Source: an uncultured Chloroflexia bacterium (GTDB lineage Bacteria > Chloroflexota > Ktedonobacteria > Ktedonobacterales > Ktedonobacteraceae). From it: DNA of 64,000 nucleotides. The notes beneath the pieces were generated by a model that searched no databases, had not been told where the DNA came from, and was given only the letters and a program-made list of their open reading frames with translations. The position numbers and the translations under genes were made by a program. The stretch is from positions 59,366-123,365 of the forward strand of contig CAVZTX010000008.1 in assembly GCA_963778375.1 (NCBI GenBank), written 5' to 3'. How positions within the stretch are numbered: position 1 is the first letter of the stretch; the number at the start of each line of letters is the position of its first letter. Positions 18,441 to 28,338 of this stretch are shown here, piece after piece.

Positions 18441-20782
18441 CGCCGTATCTGAGGAATCTCACAAGCTGATCGATGTCGGCTTGCGGAAAGTAGTGGATCA
18501 AATCGCTACACCCTTATCAAATTATTGCCGACTATGCAAAGACAGCTCTCAAAAAAGAGGAAGCTAATCAGAGGATGGTAAAGTTCTACGTAACTAATGT
18601 GGTAAATCAAAAAGCTAACTACGACCTGCTTACCGAAGAAAGCAACAATACACTGACTGCACTAGAGAGGCGTTTGAACGCCAGATAAAGGAGAATTTAG
18701 TACGAGAAGATGATGCATTTGCACACTTTTTGAAACCCGTGGAATGTACTCATTAGCCAAGAAACATCTGAGAGAACAAAAAGCTGCCAGATATATAGGT
18801 GACACAAAGGGTCTGGTGACAACATAGATCAATTAGGGAAGGATAGCAGAACGATACGAGGAACTAGTGCGAGCTAAAAACTATTTACAAGAGGGCCTAA
18901 CATTAGCGGAACAGGAAAGCATAGAGAAATAGGGCTGAGGCATTGCGAGAAATAGGCATAGTAGAAAGAGAGAAAGGTAAGACAGATCAGGCAAAGGGCT
19001 ATATAAAGAAGGAGAAGAAGATTTAAAGACAACTAGATGAACAAAGAGATAAAGCTAGAAAGCTGCGAGAATAGGGTAATATAGACAGGGAACAAGGACA
19101 GCCGGACAAGGCACGCAATTCATACCAAAGCTCTAACTATCTATAAGCAATAAGAAGAACACCGCAACGTGGCTGATACTCTAGGGGGTTTAGGCGTAGT
19201 CTGGCAAAATAAAGGGCAACCTGAGAAAGCAGAACGACTCTATAAAGAGGCGATAGACATTTATCACCAATTAGGGGACTGCGCAATGAAGCTCGCATCC
19301 AGAGGAACAGGAAATCTGAAAAGGGAGCAAGAGCAACTTGAAGAGGCCTGTCTTCTTTACCAGGAGATACTAGCCATCTCAAGGCAATTAGGTGATAAGA
19401 GCGATATCGCTCGGACACTGCGCAACTTGGGTGTTCTAGATCGCTGGTAAGGGCAACTTGAGGAGGAACACCGAAACTATGAAGAAGCATAGAATATATC
19501 TAGTGAGTTGGGGGATAAAGGAGGCACTGCTAGTACATAGCGCAATTTAGGCGTTATAGCACATGAGCAGGGCCAACTAGAGAAAGCGCGTGACTTCTAT
19601 CATGAGGCGTTAGATATCTTTCGTCAGTTGACTGATCTAGGAGGTGTTGCTCGCACACTAAGGGAAACAGGCATCGTAGAGAGAGAGCAAGGGCAACTAG
19701 ATAAGGCTACACAGATCCATAAAGAGGCGTTAGATATCTTTAGACAGTTGACTGATCCAGGAGGTGTTGCTCGCACACTAAGGGAATTACTATAGTAGCA
19801 CGTGAGCAAGGGCAACTAGAGGAGGCTCGTCAACTATTAGAGGAGGCTGTAACTATCTCTCGCCAGTTGGGAACTGGCGCAACTTTGCCACCATCTTACA
19901 TGAACTAGGGAGCGTAGCGCGTGATCAAGGTTGGCCCGAGGAGGCATTACCATCATCATAATCCTTGGCATTTTCAATCAACTAGAAGATAAGCGCAATA
20001 TAGCCGACACAAAGCGAGAACTTGGCATTTAGGCATGATCAAGGCCAGCAGAAAAGGCAAGAGAACTCTACTATGAAGCTTTAATAACCTTACGCGAAAT
20101 GAAAGATCAACAAGGTATAGCTCGCACATTACGCAATCTTGGTAGTCTAGCACGTGATCAAGGACAGGTAGAGGAGGCTCGCCGTTTTTATCAGGAGGCA
20201 CTAGAAATCTCTAGTCGGTTAAGCGACCAGGGCGGTATCGCTCGTACCTTACGTGATATGGGTGTCTTAGCCCATCAGCAAGAGCGGTTAGAGGAGGCTC
20301 GCCGCCTCTACCAGGAAGCGTTAGAAGATCTGCGACGACTAGGTGATCAGGGCGGTATCGCTCGTACCCTACGCGACATGAGTGTCCTGGCGCATGATCA
20401 AGGACAAGTAGAGAAAGCTTACCATCTTTGCACTGATGCGCTAAGTATCTTCCGACAACTGGGAGATCGACGTAATGTGGCACATACAGTATATGATTTA
20501 GCTGTTCTAGCAGTGGAGCAGGGCCATTTAAAGGAGGCATTACAACTCTTATACAACGCAGGAGTCGGATTTTCTTTAGTAGTTCCTTCAGGTACTCCGA
20601 CTATATTAAAGATGCTTACAGAGCTACGCACTAGGGTAGGTGAGGAATTCTTTATTGCTGAAGCAGGAAACATAGCTACTAGTCCATCGGAGCTAACCTA
20701 TAGACTCGATCAGGTTACTTGGGAGGGTAAAATACGGTCACTTACTGTACAGGCACTCTCAAATAACACGGATATAGATTAA
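18440..20782 (+). pseudogene. decayed TPR-like (40-aa period) repeat protein gene; only the 3' part (20099..20782) is still an intact ORF
   Basis: Tandem ~120-nt DNA repeats encode LGDxxGIARTLRNLGVLAxxQGQLEEARxxYQEALxIxRQ. The copies between 18840 and 20098 carry in-frame stops and frameshifts. The annotated Met at 20099 is internal to a repeat (..REMKDQQGIARTL..). Confidence 0.7.
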
Positions 20783-23286
20783 TAGCGATCTAGTAAAGTC
20801 ACCACATACTTTTCATAAAATTCAGGCATAACTTGCTTTAGCCAGGTCAACGCAGCGAGAAGTACTGGTGGCAATCCTATTTCTAGTGATTTCTCTAAAG
20901 ATGCCATCGCCTGCTCACCCTGATTTAACGAAAAATAGACCATCCCCATCCAGAAATATGTATCCCAATTTTCCGGTTCTAACTCTAATGCCTGTTTTAA
21001 CTTTATCATTGCCGTAGTATATTCTCCTCGTTGCCACGACTCTACTCCTTGACAGACATATGTAATATAATGATGCTGATTAATTGCTGCTATTGCACCT
21101 AAGCGCTCCGCCATTTCAGGATCAATTCCTCTCTGACACGTTTCACACCATTCAGCCATCCAAGCGGACTTAATGAGTGCTGCGTTTAACTCCCAACTGC
21201 GGATATAATCAGCTTTGGCTAGATTGATATCTCCAAGCCATAAGTAGATGAGGCCACGTCGCGCATAAGCCCGAGCATATGTAGGCTCCAACTCAATGGC
21301 GCTATTCAAATCTTCAATGGTATGCTGATACTCCTTAAGAAGGCGATAAGTCTCACTGCGACCAGCATAGACCAGACATATTTGGGATGATACTTAAGGG
21401 CTTGGTTGTAATCTTTCAGAGCTTGTGCGTATTCCTTAAGCATCCTATAAGCGCTGCCTCACTGGCATAAGCCCGAGCATAGCTAGAGTCAAGTTCAATA
21501 GCACGATTATAGTCAGCAATAGCATGCTGAAATTCAGAGAGGCTTCTGTAAGCGAAACCCCGTTTGCGGTAAATATAGGACAATAGTTTTGATGAAAATG
21601 ATGGTTTATGTATTACCGATTTTAATAAACTATCAGCCGTTGCTAGTAGCTCCTGTTTGTTTTTCTGTTGATCAGCTTCAATGTATCGCAGAAGCAACTC
21701 GATAGCCTGCTGTATATTAGGGCCTACCAAGGTATTGGGTTGTTTTTGAGATAGTTTGCGCAGACCCCTAACTATTTCTTCTGTATGCTCTGTGTGCTCG
21801 TAAGTATTTAGAACCTGTTCAATGGCCCTATTATGACTAGCCTCATCGGGAAGCAAGAACAATTGGTAAGCGATTGCCATTGCCAATTCAACCCACTCAG
21901 TAGAGTAGAACACTTCTCTCCCCTGTACTGTAGTATGATGTACAATCTGATCGACTTCTGTCTGAGTTTTCTCTAGTATTCTTTGATAGAAGTCAACTAA
22001 AGCTTTTCGAGTGATATAATACTCCTTCCGGGATCGCTGGAGCAGATGACGGCTAAAAAGTGTTTGTGCTAGTTCATGGTAACTGTAACGACCATCTTCT
22101 AGACTAGCTTCCACGAAAGGTTGTTCAGCTAGCCATTGATAGAGGGATGATCGTTCATCTTCAGGGAGGTATGAGAAAGCCTCAAGGTCATCTTGGTTGA
22201 AGGGTTGGATAACAATGATGCATCCAGAGCCAGCCTTCGTTTCACTTGTTCTTTTTCAGGAATACAACGTAGAAAATTCCCTACACCATCTTTCGTTGGG
22301 TCAATTCTGCCCTCGGGATTGGATGTCAATAAACTTAGATAAAGAGGTAGGCCTTGCGAAAGTTGCCAGATTGTGGCAATACGGTCTGATTAGGTAATGC
22401 TCCGTGTAACCAGATAATTGTAAGTTTCTTCCTCAGTAAAGCTATCTAAGGATATCGAATAGATCGTGTTATCATCGTGGTATGGCAGCCAACGCTTAGG
22501 GTCGTAAGGTGTAGAACGCTCAATAGGGTCACGCCCAGCTATTACTAACACCACTTGATTGCTAATTTCAGTTTGTAGAAAATGATCCAGCAGCCAAGGT
22601 GCTGCCTCAATACCTGACAGTTCAAAAGTATCGAAGAAAAGTATTACTCGGCGCAGGCGCTTTCCTCTATTAAAACTGAGCGCAACTTGGGTATTGGTCA
22701 AATGATTAAGTTCTTCAACAAAAGCCCTAGTTAGATCACCAACTGGATCCTCCAGCCGCTCTGCGCCCTTAAGAAGTTGATTTGTACGATGTTGATTTAC
22801 AAAAAACTCAGTAGCCGTTTTGGCTCCTTCTCTCAAAATTCCACCCATGATTGGCACATCCTCGACAACTGAACCAGCTAGCTTTGGTGCTTTACGTAGT
22901 AGAGTATCCCTTTTCGTTTCCCGCTTGCTTTGCAAATGCAAGGCATCTTTGTAACGAACTAGAGCTTTTTCAAACTCACCTGTCATGTGAAGATTGTTGG
23001 CAAATTTCTGCATGATACTAGCTGGGGTAACTTGCCTCTCATCAACTAAGGAAATCAAACAGTAGTCCTTGAAGTCGGAGGAAAGGGTCATATCTATAAA
23101 ATGTGTTAGCAAGGTCGATTTGCCTACACCTGCTTGACCTGAAACTGAAACAATGTTGTGAACAGGTTCTTTAGGGTTAAGGATGTTTTCCACAAAGAAG
23201 TGCAATTCGTTGGTTCGACCGACGAAGATTTTAAGGTCAGATGGGTGTTGGAAATCTTTCGTGCCAAGCTTTCTAACAAATGGCAT
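20779..23286 (-). pseudogene. fragmented STAND-type P-loop NTPase fused to a TPR array (pieces 23286-22390, 22329-22129, 22114-21416, 21309-20779)
   Basis: N-terminal fragment has Walker A SVSGQAGVGKSTLL plus a Walker-B-like VILFFDTFE. Downstream fragments continue the same protein in shifted frames (LTSNPEGRIDPTKDG..., then TPR motifs ...YARAYASEAAL / YARAYARRGLIYLW). Confidence 0.6.
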
Positions 23287-23545
23287 GGATTTGAGTCCGT
23301 TGGTTGTTCTTTTCTAAAAATCTTAGACTTATTAACTGCTAAATTGATACAAGTTCTCAAAACCTACTTTCACGCCTATGAACTGTCTTTCATGTTACTA
23401 ATATAACGTAAATTTGTCAAAAAATAAAAAGACAAAGTTGAGAACATACCTCGACTTTGTCTCTTCGCCTGGTTTGTTTGTTGCAACCTTCATCTAGTTG
23501 GATACTAGATGCAAAACATGCAGATAATTCCAGTACTGCCAGTGC

Positions 23546-23854
23546 TCAGTTACGTGCCACACGAATCTTGTCGTAGCAAGTGCTGCAATAGACGGGGCGA
23601 TCATTCTTGGGTAAGAATGGCACTTGAGTCTCAGCACCGCACTCGGCGCAAATTACCGTGTGCATTTCGCGGGGCGCACGCTCAGACCGACCTCCCGAAC
23701 CGCCAGACATACTACGCCGTGCGGAACGACAGGAAGGGCAACGACTGGGCTGATTCATCAGCCCCTTTTGCTGGTAGAACTCTTGTTCACCTGCAGTGAA
23801 TGTGAAATCATTTCCACATTCGCGACACTTAAGGGTTTTGTCGACGAAGCTCAA
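23546..23854 (-). CDS. small double zinc-ribbon protein (zf-trcl-like N-terminus)
   Basis: CRECGNDFTFTAGEQEFYQQKG...RCPSCR matches the probable zinc-binding zf-trcl pattern. A second ribbon follows: CAECG...CSTCY. Confidence 0.55.
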   Translation of the reverse strand: MSFVDKTLKCRECGNDFTFTAGEQEFYQQKGLMNQPSRCPSCRSARRSMSGGSGGRSERAPREMHTVICAECGAETQVPFLPKNDRPVYCSTCYDKIRVARN

Positions 23855-24259
23855 CTAGGGACCTCCTTGTGATATGTTGGTATTCCTTCGGGTCCATATC
23901 ATTCAGGCACCCCTATGAGTGTCTGATTTGTAGGCACGGATTTTTGACCCGTTCCTAACATCGGTGTCACCAGCCTGTCTGTTACCCCTAGCAGCGTGGG
24001 CCCAAATATTCTGGACGAGCACTGTATGCGAGACCGAGATCGGATACCGCATGCAAGCATACACTATCTTTTAGCGATTTGCAAGAGTTTTTCTGTGTAA
24101 TTGTTCATATTCTTCTCATTTTAACGTATTTTTTATGTGTACTTTTCACACTAAGTGGTACTTATTTATAGGTAATTAGTATGTGGTTATCGTAATAGCC
24201 TCCGCCTTGACACCCATGCGAAAATTTAGGTAATGACCTGTATTCTATATGAGGAACAA

Positions 24260-25477
24260 ATGCCACCATTTTCATTCACAATTGACGCGGCGTGTCCTGA
24301 AACATGGGCACGCGCAGGAACGATCTCAACGCCACATGGCATCATCCACACACCCATTTTTATGCCCGTCGGCACCCAAGCAACCGTCAAAAGCGTTTCC
24401 CCTGAAGAGTTGCGCACGGCAGGCGCTTCGATCATTCTGTCGAATACCTATCACCTGATGCTGCGTCCTGGCTCTCAACTCATCTCGGAGTTTGGTGGAC
24501 TGCATGCTTTCATGAATTGGGATGGCCCAATCCTCACCGATAGCGGCGGCTTTCAGGTCTTTAGCCTGGGACACCTACGTAAACTCAGCGAGGAGGGTGC
24601 CGCATTCAAATCGCACCTCGATGGTTCCCCACATTTGCTGACTCCGGAAAAAGTGATGCAGATCGAGGCGGAACTTGGCGCAGACATCATTCTTCCGCTT
24701 GATATCTGTGCCGCTTACCCCTGTGCTCCGAGAGCTGCGAAGGAAGCTATGGAGCGTACCCATCGCTGGGCAGAACGTGCTCTGATTGCCAAGGAGCACT
24801 ATCGACCCGAACAGGCGCTTTTTGGTATCGTACAGGGCGCTTTCGAGCCAGAACTGCGTCAGGAGAGCGCTCATGTGATTGGGAACATGCCCTTCCCCGG
24901 GTTTTCAATTGGCGGGTTATCGGTGGGCGAACCCAAGGCCGAGATGTGGGATCTCTTGCGCTATGTTACGCCTGAACTGCCGGTAAATAAACCGCGTCAC
25001 CTGTTAGGTGTCGGCTCGCCCGAGGATCTGGTGATTGGCGTCGGCCTGGGCATGGATATGTTTGATTGCGTCCTCCCCACGCGGGTTGCACGCCACGGTG
25101 GACTATTTACCCATGCTGGACGTATTAATATTAAAGCAGCACGTTTTCGTGCCGAACGAGGGCCAATTGAAGAGGGTTGCGATTGCTACACCTGCCGAAA
25201 CTATAGTGCTGCCTACGTACATCATCTTTCACGGACCGAAGAACAATTGTATTATCGTTTAGGTAGTATTCACAATCTACGTTTTATGCTGCGCCTTGCC
25301 GGGGACGTGAGAGCTGCAATTCTAGCGGGAACCTTCCCGGCCTTCCATGATGACTTTCTAGCGCACTATATTCCCGCTTCGGAACTGGTGCGTATAGACC
25401 AACGCAAGAAATGGCAAGTCGCTCACGAAAAATGGCAGGCCGCTCAGAGGCTCTCATCCCAAGTGAGGAACCTGTAA
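24260..25477 (+). CDS. tgt: queuine tRNA-ribosyltransferase
   Basis: ARAGTISTPHGIIHTPIFMPVGT, LGVGSPEDL, FDCVLPTR and zinc site CDCYTC...H. Start chosen at MPPFSF after a GAGGA ribosome-binding site. Confidence 0.85.
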   Translation: MPPFSFTIDAACPETWARAGTISTPHGIIHTPIFMPVGTQATVKSVSPEELRTAGASIILSNTYHLMLRPGSQLISEFGGLHAFMNWDGPILTDSGGFQVFSLGHLRKLSEEGAAFKSHLDGSPHLLTPEKVMQIEAELGADIILPLDICAAYPCAPRAAKEAMERTHRWAERALIAKEHYRPEQALFGIVQGAFEPELRQESAHVIGNMPFPGFSIGGLSVGEPKAEMWDLLRYVTPELPVNKPRHLLGVGSPEDLVIGVGLGMDMFDCVLPTRVARHGGLFTHAGRINIKAARFRAERGPIEEGCDCYTCRNYSAAYVHHLSRTEEQLYYRLGSIHNLRFMLRLAGDVRAAILAGTFPAFHDDFLAHYIPASELVRIDQRKKWQVAHEKWQAAQRLSSQVRNL

Positions 25478-26313
25478 TGCACCAATCCTATCGCTTTCTC
25501 AATACCGGCATACAATCGGCAGCCATGAACATGGCAATCGATGAAGCCGTGCTGATTTACCACCTGAAAGGTGAGGTTCCTCCAACGCTGCGCGTATTTC
25601 GCTGGTCTCAGCCTTCGATCTCTTTGGGACGTTTTCAGAGTATTGAGCGAGAAATACTAAGCGATGTGTGCCAGCAGCGAGGAATAGCGCTGGTGCGCCG
25701 ACCTACCGGTGGGCGAGCAGTCTATCACCACGATGAATTTACCTACAGCATTGTGATCAGTAAAGGCTATGGAGTTCCTTCGGGCGTTATTCCTGCCTAT
25801 GCCTATCTTGCTCAGGGACTACTTGCCGCACTCCAAACGCTCGGTGTGCAGGCCGAACTCAGCGACGAACGCGTCAGCAAGCATCCTTCTGCCGCCTGCT
25901 TCGCCTCCTCGACACAGGCCGATCTCACCAGTGGTGGCTTTAAGCTGGTAGGCAGTGCTCAGGTCTGGCGGGACGATGCACTACTTCAACAGGGCTCGTT
26001 GCCTCTCGATGACCGGGCCACTGAATTCTTCACTCTGTTACGCTACCCAAACGAGGCCGCACGCGAGGAGGCGCTGGCTCTTTACCGCGAAAAAACATCA
26101 CCACTACATAGCTTCGTCCCTGGCGCATCCTGGGACGATGTAGCCAATGCTTTCCGCAGCGGCTTTGGTACAGCCCTACATGCAAATTTTGTATCAGGCG
26201 AGTTGAGTGCATCCGAGTGGGAACTGGCTCATCAGCTCGTTGAAGAAAAATACAGCAAACTCGAATGGCGCAAAGAACGTATCACTTTAACAGGGCTTGC
26301 CCCCACCCTCTAG
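25477..26313 (+). CDS. lipoate-protein ligase / octanoyltransferase family protein (BPL_LplA_LipB catalytic domain)
   Basis: FRWSQPSISLGRFQS and RRPTGGRAVYHHDEFTYS motifs. ATG overlaps the tgt stop (TAATG). Confidence 0.7.
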   Translation: MHQSYRFLNTGIQSAAMNMAIDEAVLIYHLKGEVPPTLRVFRWSQPSISLGRFQSIEREILSDVCQQRGIALVRRPTGGRAVYHHDEFTYSIVISKGYGVPSGVIPAYAYLAQGLLAALQTLGVQAELSDERVSKHPSAACFASSTQADLTSGGFKLVGSAQVWRDDALLQQGSLPLDDRATEFFTLLRYPNEAAREEALALYREKTSPLHSFVPGASWDDVANAFRSGFGTALHANFVSGELSASEWELAHQLVEEKYSKLEWRKERITLTGLAPTL

Positions 26314-26430
26314 ATACGCTATACTTGCAGCAATACAACATGGCTTGTAGAGGCGAGGATGGTGAGGAGTGGAGAGGGAGGTCTTGTGCCTGCCCATCGT
26401 ATCTTTCAGCCATGAGAAGGAGCAGGTGAA

Positions 26431-27084
26431 GTGAGTTTATCGATAGAAATTGCTGGTAGAATACTGGAAGCTAGTAAGCGCCGTGCCAATGAGTTGCGCA
26501 GTCCGGTGAGCATCGCAATTGTTGATGCAGGAGGACATCTTGTGCTTTTTGAACGCATGATGTCTCCTTATGGTTGGGCAACGGCCAGTATCAGTATCGC
26601 CAAGGCAACGACAGCCGTGATGTTTAACCAATCCACCAATTCTGTAGCACAATGGGGATCAGGTATTCCTGGCTTCGCATCCAGTATGGCAGGTATGACG
26701 CAAGGAAAATTTATCATGGCAGCTGGAGGCTGGCCAATACGCGTTGGAGGTGCCACTGTTGGTGGTATTGGTGTGAGTGGCGGCAACGGTCCCGGAAGAG
26801 ACGATGAGATTGCACGTGCCGGACTGGCAATCCTGACTGGGATGGCCGAGCTTGAGGGCGGGATCAACCGCGTATCCACATCCCGTCCCGCACAGGACAT
26901 ACAACAACCACAGCGCCAATCATCCATGTCCTCACCATCCCAACCGCCTCAATCCCCCAGCTTGAGTAATTGGCAAAGTAATCAAATCGCTACATCTCAC
27001 CTTGCTCCTGAAGAAAACAGTTTTTACAATGATGAAACTTCGTCATTTGATACATCCAATGAAAACCGTGGAGGCCAATCATGA
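26431..27084 (+). CDS. GlcG/HbpS-like (DUF336) protein with Ser/Gln-rich C-terminal extension
   Basis: VSIAIVDAGGHLVLFERM...GGWPIRVGGATVGGIGVSGG matches DUF336. The last ~70 aa are low complexity. Confidence 0.65.
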   Translation: MSLSIEIAGRILEASKRRANELRSPVSIAIVDAGGHLVLFERMMSPYGWATASISIAKATTAVMFNQSTNSVAQWGSGIPGFASSMAGMTQGKFIMAAGGWPIRVGGATVGGIGVSGGNGPGRDDEIARAGLAILTGMAELEGGINRVSTSRPAQDIQQPQRQSSMSSPSQPPQSPSLSNWQSNQIATSHLAPEENSFYNDETSSFDTSNENRGGQS

Positions 27085-27935
27085 CCCAGGAATCGAACCA
27101 TAGATCATCCAGCAGTAGACGGACAGCACGCCCAGCTCGGAACCGCCCGGTGCTTGTCACTCCTTCTACACCAACCGACAACGTAATAGAGGATGCACTT
27201 GAGATGCCAGGCGATATCAGTCAACCAACTGAACAAACTTCACCTGGCAAGAGTGCGCAAGAATTGAAAGACGCTCTTGTAGAAAGCGCTCCGCTTACTG
27301 CTCCTCGCACCCGCAAACTTTCGGGATTTTTCTCGCGAGTAGGCAAAAGCACGCAAGAAGAAACATCCGAGCCAGACGCTGCACAGGCCAGATTGGCACG
27401 TGCCACACGTGGTAAGACTGCTGCACCTATTATGAAAGCCTCCTCGACTGACAAAAAGTCTCAAGTCAGCGAACCGGTAAAAGCTAGCTTCCCTGTTGCT
27501 GCTCGTTCTGCTCCCGCTCGCCCACGCAGCAGTGGCTTCAAAATGCGCTACATCCTGGGTCTGGTTATTTATCTACTTGGTGCGCAGTTAATCGGCGCTT
27601 ATGAAGCGACATTTTTAAATGCCAATCATCTGGATAGCGTGATCTTCTCCATTGGGTCGTTTGCTATCAGGACTTCAACGCTCGTTTTCCTGGCAACACT
27701 CGTGATCCTGTTGATTGTCCTGGCACGTTTCGATTTTATTCCACGCAACCTTGGTGCCATGATGGGTCAGCCTACGCCTGCACGTAAGTCAGGTCCTGCC
27801 CCTTCACGGACCGAAGAGAGTGTCAAGACTACGCCTCCTACTATGAAACAGGGAGTCAAAGGCACGGATGACGATCTATACCAGGAGTACCAGGAACAGC
27901 GCCGTTATCAGCAGCGACGTGACCGCAGAAAGTAA
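27081..27935 (+). CDS. hypothetical membrane protein with disordered S/P/A/R-rich N-terminus
   Basis: Two TM helices at about residues 150-215. ATGA overlap with the upstream stop. No recognised domain. Confidence 0.35.
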   Translation: MTQESNHRSSSSRRTARPARNRPVLVTPSTPTDNVIEDALEMPGDISQPTEQTSPGKSAQELKDALVESAPLTAPRTRKLSGFFSRVGKSTQEETSEPDAAQARLARATRGKTAAPIMKASSTDKKSQVSEPVKASFPVAARSAPARPRSSGFKMRYILGLVIYLLGAQLIGAYEATFLNANHLDSVIFSIGSFAIRTSTLVFLATLVILLIVLARFDFIPRNLGAMMGQPTPARKSGPAPSRTEESVKTTPPTMKQGVKGTDDDLYQEYQEQRRYQQRRDRRK

Positions 27936-28121
27936 TAATGCCCAAAGCCCTTGACAGGTTCGCTCACCATCCTTATACTTAGTCTATACAAAGCCGAGAT
28001 TAACATCGGTAATTTCAAGAAAAGCGTAGCAAGGGCGCGATAAATCCGCCCCTACTGCGGTACAATCGAATGTTCAGCAACCAAAAGAACCATCAATTTA
28101 GCTTTTATTATTGGTTTAGCC

Positions 28122-28213
28122 CTCCAGCATGATGGTGGGCCCTTTGGGCTGAGCAAAAAATCCACCAGCATGCTGGAGTAAGCAGAGGACTTTTCCTCTG
28201 CTTTTTTGTTTTT
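28122..28213 (+). promoter_or_regulatory. long imperfect hairpin followed by an intrinsic-terminator-like hairpin/T-run, ~125 nt upstream of the DAHP synthase gene (possible attenuator/leader)
   Basis: ctccagcatgatggtgg...ccaccagcatgctggag (17-bp stem, 1 mismatch). Then gcagaggacttttcctctgc followed by ttttttgtttttc. Confidence 0.45.
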
Positions 28214-28338
28214 CTGAATCTTGCAACTCACTTCGCCTGGGCATCGTGCTTGTGAATGATCACACGGGCCAGCAAACAAGGCCGTTTGGGGGACAGTACG
28301 GACAGAGTGCATATCAGATGTAAGAGAGGATTGGTATC

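Noticed and set aside
16560-19140. Idea that the purine tract is a diversity-generating-retroelement template/variable region or a RIP-like hypermutated repeat
   Set aside because: There is no reverse-transcriptase gene, and no TR/VR pair with adenine-specific differences. The composition bias is strand-asymmetric (A and G up, C down), which does not fit the symmetric C-to-T pattern of RIP. It is left as unexplained compositional anomaly.
19500-19800. Near-identical ~55-nt direct repeats spaced ~123 nt apart (tagatatctttcgtcagttgactgatctaggaggtgttgctcgcacactaaggga...) that could resemble a CRISPR array
   Set aside because: The units are codon-level repeats of a 40-aa TPR-like protein motif. 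Spacing equals the protein repeat period, and the 'spacers' are homologous to each other. No cas genes or leader are present.
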